In this document: in pieces, positions 47,891 through 57,911 of the stretch
How positions within the stretch are numbered: the stretch's first letter is position 1
Layout: the number at the start of each line of letters is the position of its first letter
NCBI GenBank assembly: GCA_963745235.1
Contig: CAVUXE010000009.1
Location: forward strand, 64,001-128,000
DNA from: an uncultured Spirochaetota bacterium
Lineage (GTDB): Bacteria > Spirochaetota > Spirochaetia > SZUA-6 > Fen-1364
Direction of reading: 5' to 3'
DNA: 64,000 bases
The notes under the pieces: model-generated
What the model saw: the letters and a program-made list of their open reading frames with translations, nothing else
Database searches by the model: none
Told to the model about the DNA's origin: nothing
Program-made: the position numbers and the translations under genes

Positions 47891-49963
47891 ATGGCGGACC
47901 AGGCAACGGTGTTCCAGGCGGCGGACCTCTCCATCGGCTACCGCACGGAGTCGGGGCTCCTGCCCGCCGTGCGGGGCGCCACCTTCAGCGTCCACGAAAA
48001 AGAATGCTTCGGCGTGGTCGGGGAGTCCGGTTCGGGCAAGACAACGCTTGCAATGGGTGCCATCAACTATCTCAGCGAGAACGGGGAAGTCCTCGGCGGC
48101 TCCTCAAGGCTTCGCGGCCAGGAGATCACGAGCCTTCGCCGCTTCCAGATGCGGAGGATCTGGGGAAGCCGCATCGGCATGGTTTACCAGAACCCCTCCG
48201 CGGCCCTCAATCCCTCCCTGCGCATTGGTGAGCAGCTGTGCGAAGTGGCCCGCCGGCATCTCGGCCTGTCCCGCAGATTGGCAGGGGAGGCATCCCGGGA
48301 GATGCTTGCCCGGGTGGCCATGCCGGACCCCGTTGCGATCATGCAGCGCTATCCCCATCAGCTCTCCGGGGGGATGCTGCAGCGATGCGTCATTGCGATG
48401 GCGATGATCACACGGCCCGAGCTTCTCATCCTGGATGAGCCCACGACGGCGCTCGACGTGACGACGCAGGCGGTGGTGCTCGACCTGGTGGCTCAGCTCA
48501 CGAAAGAGCTCGATTCAGCAGTCCTCTACATCACGCATGACCTGGCAGTTGTCTCGAAGCTGTGCGACAGGGTGGGCGTGATGTACGCGGGGGAGTTCTT
48601 CGAGCAGGCGCCCGTCAGGGAGCTCTACCACGCCCCTCTTCATCCCTACACGCTGGGCCTCCTGGGGTGCGTTCCCCGCTTCGATCCCGAGGGAGGAAAG
48701 CACCTTCTTGCGAGCATCCCGGGGTCCATTCCCCGCCTGGACAGGCTGCCCGCGGGCTGCATCTTCGCCGCGCGCTGTCCGTTCGTCCAGGACAGGTGCC
48801 GCACATCTTCCCCGCCCCTGCGGGAGGTACGCCCTGGCCACTTCAGCGCCTGCCTGCGATGGGACGAGCTGCCTACTGCCGCGGAGTACGCGCGATCCAC
48901 CCCGGCCGTCCCCGCTCATAAGGAGGAACGGCCGGAGGTCCTTCGCGCGGTGGAAATCAAAAAGAGCTTTCCGCCGACGGAAAGGCTCTTCGGGTCGGGG
49001 GGCAGGAAGAGCATGAGTGTCCGCGCCGTGGATGGCGTCACCCTCTGGGTCCGCAAGGGGAACACCCTTGGGGTGGTTGGGGAAAGCGGATGCGGGAAGA
49101 CAACGCTGCTTCGGGTGATCAGCGGCCTGGCGCCGGGGACCTCGGGGGACCTGCTGCTGGATGGCCGGAAGCTGGAACGAAGCGTCCAGCGACGCCCCCG
49201 GAAAGTTCTGAAGATGCTTCAGATGGTGTTCCAGAATCCCGAGGCATCGCTGAACCCCCGCCACACCGCTGGGCGCGCCATCGCGAGGCCGCTGCGCCTT
49301 CTTGCCGGGCTCTCCCGCCGTGAGGCGCGCGGCCGGGTCTCGGAGCTGTTGCAGGCGGTCAACCTTCCCCCCGCTTTTTCCCGCCGGCTGCCGGAAGAGC
49401 TGAGCGGCGGGGAGAAGCAGCGGGTCGCCATTGCGCGGGCGTTCGCCGCATCCCCCCGGATCATCCTTCTCGACGAGCCCCTTTCCTCACTGGATGTCTC
49501 CGTGCAGGCGTCACTGGTCAACCTGCTCTGCGAGCTGCAGGAGAGGAACAACGTCTCCTATCTCTTCATCTCCCACGACCTTGCGGCTGTCCAGCACCTT
49601 TCCCACTGGATCGCGGTCATGTATCTCGGGATCCTCATGGAATGGGGCGATGCGGAAGATGTCTTTGCGCCGCCCTTTCATCCCTACACGGAGGCGCTCC
49701 TCTCCGCCATCCCCGTGGCGGACCCTGACATCAGGCAGCGCCCCATCCGCCTGGAAGGCAGCGTCCCCAGCGCGGCGAACGTTCCCTCCGGTTGCAGGTT
49801 CCACACCCGGTGCCCCCGCAAGATCGGCAGGATCTGCGAGACGGAGACTCCGCCGTGGCGGGAAGGGAGAAACCACCACAGTATCTACTGCCACATCCCG
49901 CTGGAGGAGCTCAGGCGGCTCCAGGCCGACACCATTGCCAGGACGACGAAGGGCGATGGCTGA
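47891..49963 (+). CDS. Fused double ABC ATPase (DppD-DppF)
   Basis: Two Walker A motifs (GESGSGKT, GESGCGKT), two LSGG signatures, two Cys-rich oligo-HPY tails. Confidence 0.92.
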   Translation: MADQATVFQAADLSIGYRTESGLLPAVRGATFSVHEKECFGVVGESGSGKTTLAMGAINYLSENGEVLGGSSRLRGQEITSLRRFQMRRIWGSRIGMVYQNPSAALNPSLRIGEQLCEVARRHLGLSRRLAGEASREMLARVAMPDPVAIMQRYPHQLSGGMLQRCVIAMAMITRPELLILDEPTTALDVTTQAVVLDLVAQLTKELDSAVLYITHDLAVVSKLCDRVGVMYAGEFFEQAPVRELYHAPLHPYTLGLLGCVPRFDPEGGKHLLASIPGSIPRLDRLPAGCIFAARCPFVQDRCRTSSPPLREVRPGHFSACLRWDELPTAAEYARSTPAVPAHKEERPEVLRAVEIKKSFPPTERLFGSGGRKSMSVRAVDGVTLWVRKGNTLGVVGESGCGKTTLLRVISGLAPGTSGDLLLDGRKLERSVQRRPRKVLKMLQMVFQNPEASLNPRHTAGRAIARPLRLLAGLSRREARGRVSELLQAVNLPPAFSRRLPEELSGGEKQRVAIARAFAASPRIILLDEPLSSLDVSVQASLVNLLCELQERNNVSYLFISHDLAAVQHLSHWIAVMYLGILMEWGDAEDVFAPPFHPYTEALLSAIPVADPDIRQRPIRLEGSVPSAANVPSGCRFHTRCPRKIGRICETETPPWREGRNHHSIYCHIPLEELRRLQADTIARTTKGDG

Positions 49964-50908
49964 ATGCTGCGCTTCATCACGCGACGGCTTGGCCTGGTAC
50001 TGCTCACCCTGCTGATCTCCTCGGTGCTGATTTTCCTGGTGACGCAGATTCTCCCCGGGGACGTGGCCCGGGCAATCCTCGGCAGGTTTGCCACGCCCCA
50101 GGCGCTCGCCAACCTGAGGGAGAAGCTCGGCCTGGACCGCCCTCTCCTGGTCCAGTACGGGAGCTGGCTGATGCACTACGTCCAGGGGGACTGGGGTCTG
50201 TCCCTTTCGACGGGAGAGCCGGTTTTCCCCCTCGTGACGACCCGGCTTCGCAACTCCGGCATGCTGGCTCTCGTTGCCTTCATCATGTACGTCCCCCTGG
50301 GCATCATCCTGGGGCTTTTCTCCGCTCTTCGCCGGACAAAGGTCTTCGACCAGGTGGTGTCCATCACGTCCCTGGCATTCATCGGCCTGCCGGAGTTCGT
50401 GACGGGGCTCGTCCTCATTGCCATTTTTGCGATCGGCCTGAACTGGCTGCCCGCGAGCTCCGCAATCCGGCCCGATTCAGGTTTCATTGCCGCGCTTCCG
50501 CGCCTCATTCTGCCCGGCATCACGGTCTCCCTGGTGAGCCTGGCATATATCACGCGCATGACGCGCTCCAGCACCGCCACGGTCCTGGAGACGGATTACG
50601 TTCGAAGCGCATACCTCAAGGGCCTGCACCCGCTGCGCGTCCTGTTCACGCACGTGCTTCGAAACTCCCTGCTTCCCACGGTGACGGTGATTGCCGTGGG
50701 GATCGGATGGCTCATCGGGGGACTGATCGTGACGGAGTCCCTGTTCAGCTACCCGGGGCTCGGGAGGCTGCTGTTGTTTGCCATCCAGCGCAGGGACCTG
50801 CCGCTCCTCCAGGCAATTACATTGCTCCTTGTCGTTGTCTTCAGCCTTTCCAATCTTCTGGCCGACATCCTCTACGCTCTGCTGAACCCTCGAATCCGCT
50901 ACACGTAG
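49964..50908 (+). CDS. ABC permease (DppB/OppB-like)
   Basis: LPGD, GLDRP, DYVRSAYLKGL, NPRIRY. Confidence 0.92.
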   Translation: MLRFITRRLGLVLLTLLISSVLIFLVTQILPGDVARAILGRFATPQALANLREKLGLDRPLLVQYGSWLMHYVQGDWGLSLSTGEPVFPLVTTRLRNSGMLALVAFIMYVPLGIILGLFSALRRTKVFDQVVSITSLAFIGLPEFVTGLVLIAIFAIGLNWLPASSAIRPDSGFIAALPRLILPGITVSLVSLAYITRMTRSSTATVLETDYVRSAYLKGLHPLRVLFTHVLRNSLLPTVTVIAVGIGWLIGGLIVTESLFSYPGLGRLLLFAIQRRDLPLLQAITLLLVVVFSLSNLLADILYALLNPRIRYT

Positions 50909-50956
50909 CGGAAGCCCCGCGCCGCGCTTCGCCGCTCCCGGGTCCCAATCTCCCGT

Positions 50957-50985
50957 TTGCCGGCGCGACACTTTAGTACTAAATT
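50957..50985 (+). promoter_or_regulatory. marR promoter with palindromic operator
   Basis: TTGCCG, 17 bp, TAAATT; perfect palindrome TTTAGTACTAAA at 50972-50983. Confidence 0.6.
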
Positions 50986-50990
50986 ATGGC

Positions 50991-51524
50991 ATGAACACAG
51001 GCGGACGCGGAGGACCGGCGGCTCAGAGAGCCGGCTCGGAAGGTCGCTGCTCGCCGGCGCGGACACGGCGCGCAGTTGCAACCTGGCTCAGGCTGGCGAA
51101 GCTCGTGAGCGGGCAGCACGCAGCCCTCGGGGCGCGGTTGCGGGACTCCGGACTGAGCCTGGCGCAGTTCGACGTCATCGCCCAGATCGGGGCATCCGAA
51201 GGGCTGACGCAGAAAGAGCTTGCAGATCGGCTCGTGGTGACCCCTGGTAATGTCACCCAGCTGCTGCAGAAGCTGGAGAAGAGGAGGCTCGTCGTTCGGC
51301 CGCCGAGCGGCCGGTGCAACAGCGTCCGGCTGACGGCCGCCGGCAGGAGCCTGCATGACGGCCTTGTGCCCGGGCAGGAGCGTGCAGTTGCCCGACTCTT
51401 TCTCAGGCTCACGGACGTGGAGCTGGAAACGCTTTCCCGCTTGTTGCGGAAAGTCACTCGCGCGCAACGCGAGCAAAACGAGGAATCGGGGCGGGGAGCC
51501 CCGGAGGAGGACTCACATGAGTGA
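50991..51524 (+). CDS. MarR family transcriptional regulator
   Basis: GLSLAQFDVI, GLTQKELADRL, NVTQLLQKLEKR, VRLTAAG. Confidence 0.88.
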   Translation: MNTGGRGGPAAQRAGSEGRCSPARTRRAVATWLRLAKLVSGQHAALGARLRDSGLSLAQFDVIAQIGASEGLTQKELADRLVVTPGNVTQLLQKLEKRRLVVRPPSGRCNSVRLTAAGRSLHDGLVPGQERAVARLFLRLTDVELETLSRLLRKVTRAQREQNEESGRGAPEEDSHE

Positions 51525-52176
51525 AAAGGCGAAAATCGCCATCGTCTATTACAGCGCCATGGGGCACGCCTACCAGGTCGCGAAGGCCTTCGAGGCGGGC
51601 GCCAAGGCCGAAGGGGCGGAGGTCAGGCTCCGCAAGGTGAAGGAGCTTGCCACTCCCGAGGTGATTGCGACCAACCCGGCGTGGAAGGCCCACCTGGAGG
51701 CGACAAAGGATGTTCCCGAGGTGACACTCGCCGACCTGGAGTGGGCCAATGGGTTCATCTTCGGCAGCCCGACGCGCTACGGCGTCATGGCTGCGCAGCT
51801 GAAGCAGTTTTTCGACTCCACCGGCCCGCTCTGGGGGCAGGGGAAGCTTTCGCACAAGCCCGTCACCGCTTTTGCCGGGGCAATGAACCCGCACGGCGGC
51901 CAGGTCAACACCATCAACTCCATCTACTCAGTCATGCAGCACTGGGGCACCATTGTTGTCCCGACCGGCTACACGGATTCGAGCATCTATGCGGCAGGAG
52001 GAAGCCCGTACGGTGTCATCTACACTGCGGCGGCCCGGGAAAGCACGTCCGTGGAAGAGCCGGTCCTGGCCGCGGCACGCTACATGGGAGCCCGCCTGGC
52101 GCGCTACGCGGAGGTGCTGGCGGCAAACAGGGAGCGGCTGCTGTCCGCCCCGGGAGCAGGCACCAGGGCGGCGTGA
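51517..52176 (+). CDS. wrbA: NAD(P)H:quinone oxidoreductase, WrbA family
   Basis: YYSAMGH, GSPTRYG, QLKQFFD, HGGQ, GGSPYG. Confidence 0.9.
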   Translation: MSEKAKIAIVYYSAMGHAYQVAKAFEAGAKAEGAEVRLRKVKELATPEVIATNPAWKAHLEATKDVPEVTLADLEWANGFIFGSPTRYGVMAAQLKQFFDSTGPLWGQGKLSHKPVTAFAGAMNPHGGQVNTINSIYSVMQHWGTIVVPTGYTDSSIYAAGGSPYGVIYTAAARESTSVEEPVLAAARYMGARLARYAEVLAANRERLLSAPGAGTRAA

Positions 52177-52181
52177 CGGGA

Positions 52182-52239
52182 CTGACGAGGCTGCGCGGCG
52201 GGAAAGCGGAAACGCATCCCCGCCGCGTTTGCCTGTCAG
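52182..52239. terminator. Long GC-rich stem-loop between convergent wrbA and MFS genes
   Basis: CTGAC/GTCAG, AGGC/GCCT, CGCGGCGGG/CCCGCCGCG arms; no U-tract. Confidence 0.4.
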
Positions 52240-52332
52240 CAGGCGAATTGCTGCGTGCTCGAGCCTCAAGGGAGTGTCGGAAGCAATGGTCGTCTACCGG
52301 GTGAAGCCGAGGGAAATGATGTCCGTGGGCAC

Positions 52333-53872
52333 CTAGCGCTCGGGCCGGAAGCTCCTTTCGACAAAAAGTCCAGCAAGGGCAGCGCCGACCCATGCCAGGA
52401 CCGCGCAGACGATCATGACCATCTTGAAGGTGTCCACAAAAGCCATGCGGATTGCGGACCGGACGGCCGCGGCTTCCTGGGGCGCCGCCGCCGCGGGCAC
52501 CGCGGCGGCTCCGAGCCGGCTCGCCTCCTGGGAAAGGGCCAGCCGCACGGGCTCGGAAAAACCTGCTGACGTTGCCCGGGCATCCAGGCCGTGCGAGAAC
52601 ATCACAAGGGAAAACGCACCGACGACCGCGATGGCCAGGACGCCCGCCGTTCGCGACACGGCGTTATTGATGCCCGACGCGGTCCCCGACAGGTGCGTGG
52701 CAACGGAGCCCATGACCGCGGTTGTGAGCGGTGCAACGGTGATCCCCATGCCGACCCCCAGGAGCACGACCCCCGGGAAGAAGCTGACCCAGTAGCGGGA
52801 CGGACCGGGGGTCAGGCCGCTCCACGCCATTGAGAGGAAGGCCAGCCCGGCGATCGCCGGGCCGATGACCAGGGGAAGCCGGGGGCCTGACTTGTCAACC
52901 AGGCCGCCTGCCCACCGGGACAGCGCTGTCAGGATCAACGCGAACGGGGTGAAGGCGAAACCCGCCACGGCCATGCTGTAGCCTTGCGCCTGAACGAGGT
53001 TCAAGGACAGGAAAAACATCCCGACGCTCAGCGCGCCGTAGAGGGCGAGGGTAAGCAGGTTGGTCCCGCTGAAGGTCCGGGAAGCGAACAATCCGAGAGG
53101 GATCATGGGGTGAGCGCTGCGAGTCTCGACGACCAGGAAGCCGGCCAGCGCCGCAACTCCCGCGGCAAGAGCGGCAATGATGCGTGGATCACCAAACCCG
53201 AAGTCCGGGACAGAGATGAAACCGTACGTGAGCCCCGCCAGGGAAATGATGAGGAGCCCGGCCCCGGGGAAGTCGATTCTGCCGCCGGCTTCCTCGTTGC
53301 GGCTCTCCGGCACCTTCAGGAAAAGGGGGATGAGCGCAGCGACGCCGAGAGGGATGTTGATCAGGAAGACGCCGCGCCAGAATCCCGCTCCGGACAGCAC
53401 GCCGCCCAGGATGGGCCCGATCACGGTGACGATTGTCGTAGCGGCCGACCAGGTTCCGATGGCCCGGCCGCGCCGCGTCGGCCCGAAGAAGGAGCTGATG
53501 ATTGCCAGGCTGCCGGGAATCATGAGAGCGCTGCCGATTCCCTGGACGGCGCGCGCCCACAGCAGGAACTCAGCGCTCGGCGCCAGGCCGCACACCAGGG
53601 ACGCCAGCATGAAAAGGCCGATGCCCAGGGCAAAGACCTTCCTGCGGCCGAACAGGTCCCCCAGGGACCCGCCCACCGGGATCAGCGCCGCCAGCATGAG
53701 AAGGTACGCGTTGACGATCCAGAGAAGCTGAACGCCTGTGGCATGCAGGCCGGCCTGGACCGCCGGGCAGCGCCACGTTGAGCGCGGTGCCGTCTATGAA
53801 CGCCATGCTGGAAGCAAAGATTGTCGAGAAAAGGACCCAGGGTCCCGGGTCCCCGCTGGCACGCTCCGCCAT
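52333..53872 (-). CDS. MFS drug:H+ antiporter (DHA2, 14 TM), frameshift at ~53765
   Basis: MAFIDGTALNVALP, GSLGDLFGRR, WRGVFLINIP. Confidence 0.88.
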
Positions 53873-53905
53873 GTCCGAAAGGTAACGACCGGAGGGCTCC
53901 GCGGG

Positions 53906-56900
53906 CTACTTTTCGTTCCCCCAGACTACAACAGGCGCCTCACCCTGTGCGGCCGCTCGCTTCGCAGTTGCTCCCGAGCTGACTGTGTCCGCGTATCGGG
54001 CCGCAAGCTCCGGGGCAACGCTCTTGAGCTTTGTCATGTAAGCAGATGCCTCGCCGGAATCCCCCAGGGAGGAATAGATCCGGGCCGCCAGCAGGTTGAG
54101 AAGGGGCGATGACTGGTTTATCGCAAGGCCCTTCTTCACCATGGCCAGCGCTCCCTCGTTGTCCCCCGAAAGCACCCTGATATTGGCCACGTTGACGTAG
54201 GGGGAGACAAGCGACGGGTCAGCGGCAATCACGCCCTGGAACGCGGCCTCCGCCTCTTTCATGTTCCCGAACATGCCGTGGAGGATCCCCATCCGAATGC
54301 GAAGCAGGCTGGCCTGCCTGCCGGACAGCCCCGCAAGCTGGGCTGACAGCTCCGAGAGACGGGAGGTATAGACGACCTCCGTAAAGCCCGAAAGCGATGC
54401 CGAGTAGATCTTCGAAACCGCCGTCGAAGACGGGTCGATGACCGTGAGGGAGCTCGGCGGAAGCGGAAGCGGCGGCCACGTCTCCCGCATCTCGGCCAAC
54501 GGAAGAAACTCGAAGGACCCGGTTTGACGATACTTCCTCACAAGCTCTGAAGCTGCTGTCCACGCCGCCATGAATCCCTGGCGCAGCACCGTGGTTTCCA
54601 CCGGGAGCCACACCGTGCCGTGGACAATGACCTCCTGGGCCTTCGTCGTGAACAGCGCCGCGTTCTCAGCCGGCTCACCCGAGTCGAAAGCCAGGAAGAT
54701 GTGGCCGGGAGTCGTGAGGACCGCCGTCCGTATTCCGACAGATTCCAGGAGCGATGCGAGGAGCGCCGTCGTGTCGCTGCAGTCCCCCCCGCGGTTGGAA
54801 AGGGTCACCCGGGGGAAATGCACGGTGTCTATGACCTGGGCGTTGCCGAGGATCTTGGAGATGGGGGTCTCGGGGTTGGGAACATAGCTCATCCCGTAGG
54901 CCCCGAGTGAGTCGCATAGATGCATGGCATAAAAGATCTTGCGCGATATCTGCAGGCCACGCGCAGAGTCCCCGATGTCCAGCATGCGCCGCGCGAACCC
55001 GGCAACCGTTTCCTCGTTCGGGGTGATGTATGCGGCGATCTTGCGCGTGTCATCCCAGGTCAGGGCGGTGTTGCGGTTCATGGTGGCGCTCACGATCTTG
55101 CTGACCGTCTGCTCCGCGCCGTTCACCGTGCAGGTGACCTTCACCTCCACCTGGACCGCGGCATCCTCCTGCAGCTCCAGGACCGAGGGCTGGAGCTTCA
55201 GGATGAGGTCGAAAGAAGCCTGCTCTCCCGAAGGGAGGATAGGCAGCGTCCTGGCTTCCGACGGGAAATCCATGAACCGGGGAATGAAAACGCTGACGCG
55301 TACGTTCTCGGCTGACGTGGGAAGGGGGTTCGAGACGGTCACGGTCCCGGCAGGATGCGTGAGGTAGAACTGCATGAGCGCAGGGAAAAGGCTGGGGAGC
55401 TTCACGTCCTGGACCACAAGGGGGGCCTGTTGCTGAGGCGCCGGGCCACCTGACTCGAAGAGCTTCTTCAGATCTTCCATTGCCGCCCGGGTCTCCCGGT
55501 CATCCCGGTTTCTGCTCAGCACTTGCTCGTACGTCTGCAGGGCCTGCGTATAGGCGAGCCGGGCGGATTCCGGCCCGAGGTCTCGCAGCGTGTCGCGGGC
55601 CTTCCTGTCCAGCTCCGCGGCCGCGCGCTTCAGATCCACAATCTCCAGGGCCCGCAGCCTGGCCTCCGCCGCCTGGTTGCCCGGGTCTGCATCCAGGACT
55701 TTCTGCCAGGCAGCCCGAGCCAGGAGCGAGGAGCCGGCAGCCTCGTAGAGAGCGGCAGCCTGCGCAAGGGTGGAGGCCTCATCCGCTCCAGCGCCCTGCG
55801 TGAGGGCCATCAGCTTTTCTTCCGTCTGGTTGTGGATGCCCTTCTGCTCGCAATAGGCGGTATCCAGCAGCCGGACGATGCGCCGTGCGTTCATGTCCGA
55901 GAGATAGACCAGCCCGCGGTTCCAGTCCGCTGCCACCGAGCCGATTGCGGGCAGCTTTTCAACATCCAGACCCGCCAGTGTTTCAAGCTTCCAGACCAGG
56001 CTGCCGTCCCGGGAGAACTTCAGGAGCTGCCCGCTGGAAAGCACAATGAAGCTTCCGTCCGGTCCGATGGCCATTGCGACCGGCGCGAGCGGCTTGGCCG
56101 GGTCAACAAGGGGGAGCACATAGTCCACAAGCCGGCCTTCCGTGGTATAGATGCGGAAGGCGCGCAGCACGTAGTCATAGACCCAGACCGTCGAATCCGG
56201 GCTGACGCCGATGAAGCTGATGTATTGAGTGGCGTTTGCGAAAAGCGGGAAATCTTCCCGCTTCTTTCCGGTGATCTTGACTGCCTTGCGCGCGGGAGAA
56301 TCCACCACGAGCACGCCGCCATCCGGAAGCGCGGCGAAAGGTGCGGTAGCAAGCTCGACGCCAGTCTGCATCTTCCGCGCGCCCGGGGAATCCGCGTCAA
56401 CGCGGTACAGGCTGCTTCCCTGGGCCGGTTTCAGGAGCACCGTGCCGCCGGGGGTGACGGAGACTCCGAGTGCGTAGTTGACAACGCCGGTGTCTCCCAG
56501 GCTTTTGCCCGGCTCGGCCACCACGCGCATTGAAGGATCCAGCTCCACGCAGCCGTTGCCAAGCGCGGCAAGAAGGTTCCCGTTCTGCCGTGTTGCCAGG
56601 GACCACGGATACGCATATTGGGAAATCAGCGCGGCCGGCAGCTCATCCACCGCCCGCGGCGCCGGGGCTGATGCCTGCTGCGTCATCCCTGTCATCGAGC
56701 CCCACAGCATGAAGACCGCATGGGCGAAGAGAGACGGGAGCTCGGGGGTGGGCTGGCCGACCCACGGGTAGGCAGCTGATTCCGCACCATCGGAGATGCG
56801 CTTGATGCGCATGACAACGCTCGGGTTGTCGGGTCCGAGGCTTGCAATCAGGGACAGGGAGTAGTCGAAGCTCCCGCCGGCCTCCGCTCTGGCACACTGG

Positions 56901-57088
56901 ATGCGGTCCCCGTACAGCCTGTTCGTGACTCCCGCCATGGTGTCCAGGAGCTCAGCCGCCTGTCCCTGCGCCTCCGTGGTCCGGGGATTCACAAGCGGCG
57001 CATCCAGCCTGATGCGCTGCACGGCGGCGGCGCCCGCGGAGGCGGCGCACCCCGCAAGGACAAGCAGAATGATCATCAGCTTCTGCAT
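53906..57088 (-). CDS. Large exported protein: beta-propeller + TPR + transglutaminase-like domain
   Basis: Signal peptide; propeller-like repeats; GDCSD...GHIFLAFD...WLPVETT; C-terminal TPR repeats. Confidence 0.7.
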   Translation of the reverse strand: MQKLMIILLVLAGCAASAGAAAVQRIRLDAPLVNPRTTEAQGQAAELLDTMAGVTNRLYGDRIQCARAEAGGSFDYSLSLIASLGPDNPSVVMRIKRISDGAESAAYPWVGQPTPELPSLFAHAVFMLWGSMTGMTQQASAPAPRAVDELPAALISQYAYPWSLATRQNGNLLAALGNGCVELDPSMRVVAEPGKSLGDTGVVNYALGVSVTPGGTVLLKPAQGSSLYRVDADSPGARKMQTGVELATAPFAALPDGGVLVVDSPARKAVKITGKKREDFPLFANATQYISFIGVSPDSTVWVYDYVLRAFRIYTTEGRLVDYVLPLVDPAKPLAPVAMAIGPDGSFIVLSSGQLLKFSRDGSLVWKLETLAGLDVEKLPAIGSVAADWNRGLVYLSDMNARRIVRLLDTAYCEQKGIHNQTEEKLMALTQGAGADEASTLAQAAALYEAAGSSLLARAAWQKVLDADPGNQAAEARLRALEIVDLKRAAAELDRKARDTLRDLGPESARLAYTQALQTYEQVLSRNRDDRETRAAMEDLKKLFESGGPAPQQQAPLVVQDVKLPSLFPALMQFYLTHPAGTVTVSNPLPTSAENVRVSVFIPRFMDFPSEARTLPILPSGEQASFDLILKLQPSVLELQEDAAVQVEVKVTCTVNGAEQTVSKIVSATMNRNTALTWDDTRKIAAYITPNEETVAGFARRMLDIGDSARGLQISRKIFYAMHLCDSLGAYGMSYVPNPETPISKILGNAQVIDTVHFPRVTLSNRGGDCSDTTALLASLLESVGIRTAVLTTPGHIFLAFDSGEPAENAALFTTKAQEVIVHGTVWLPVETTVLRQGFMAAWTAASELVRKYRQTGSFEFLPLAEMRETWPPLPLPPSSLTVIDPSSTAVSKIYSASLSGFTEVVYTSRLSELSAQLAGLSGRQASLLRIRMGILHGMFGNMKEAEAAFQGVIAADPSLVSPYVNVANIRVLSGDNEGALAMVKKGLAINQSSPLLNLLAARIYSSLGDSGEASAYMTKLKSVAPELAARYADTVSSGATAKRAAAQGEAPVVVWGNEK

Positions 57089-57834
57089 CGCGGCCTCCAG
57101 CAGGTCTCGGCCCGGGCCGCCTCCACGCCGTCACCGGTGCGCAGGACGGCGTGCGAAAGCCTTCCCGGATCACGAGGGTCGTGCTGCGTGCGCACCACGA
57201 TATTCCCCCCGTAGGTCGTCTCTGAGAGAAAATCGATCCCCAGCTCGGTGACCATGCTGCCGTCCAGGAGGTCGAGCCCAGCGCTTTCGACCACCCATTC
57301 GACGTAGCGGCTGTTGCCCACGTGCCTGTTGGCGTCCAGGTCTCCAAAGCGCACCACGGCCGACCATTCCTTCTCAGCGCGCGCAGGGCCGGGCAGTTTC
57401 TCCATGTCCGCATCCAGAGCGCGGGGAAGAGCATTCATGCCGGGGGGATCGAAGACGGACTGAACGCGCACGGGTCGAAGGGAGTCCAGCTTCAGGGCAA
57501 GCCATGCGCTTGTTGCGCACGCAATCTGCGCACCCCCGGCGTCTCTCACGGAGAAATCCCGGAGAGCAAACAGCCTCTCGATGCCTGCGGGCCACGTGCG
57601 AACCGTTACCTTCTCTCCCAGGGTGGGATACCTCTCCACCCTCATGCGCAGGCGCGAAAGGATCCACGCGAGCCCCCGAGGCCGAAGGTCTTCCGGCGCT
57701 ACGCCGAGCAACTGGGTGTGGTAGCCCGCTGTTTCCTGCAGGAGGTCCCACAGCCCTCGAACACAGAGAAAGCCGTGGGCGTCCGTGTCGAAGAGGTGGA
57801 CCGTGTAGGAAGCTTCGGCAACCAGCTCAGCCAT
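57076..57834 (-). CDS. Acyl-ACP thioesterase
   Basis: LLQETA, WILSR, VRTWP, RDF, DLDANRHVGNSRYVEW. Confidence 0.9.
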   Translation of the reverse strand: MAELVAEASYTVHLFDTDAHGFLCVRGLWDLLQETAGYHTQLLGVAPEDLRPRGLAWILSRLRMRVERYPTLGEKVTVRTWPAGIERLFALRDFSVRDAGGAQIACATSAWLALKLDSLRPVRVQSVFDPPGMNALPRALDADMEKLPGPARAEKEWSAVVRFGDLDANRHVGNSRYVEWVVESAGLDLLDGSMVTELGIDFLSETTYGGNIVVRTQHDPRDPGRLSHAVLRTGDGVEAARAETCWRPRCRS

Positions 57835-57911
57835 GGCCTTCACGGGGTTGAGGGTATCCGCGCACCATGATAAGGTCAATGCGCGCCCGCGCCGACACTC
57901 TAGGTGCTGTC

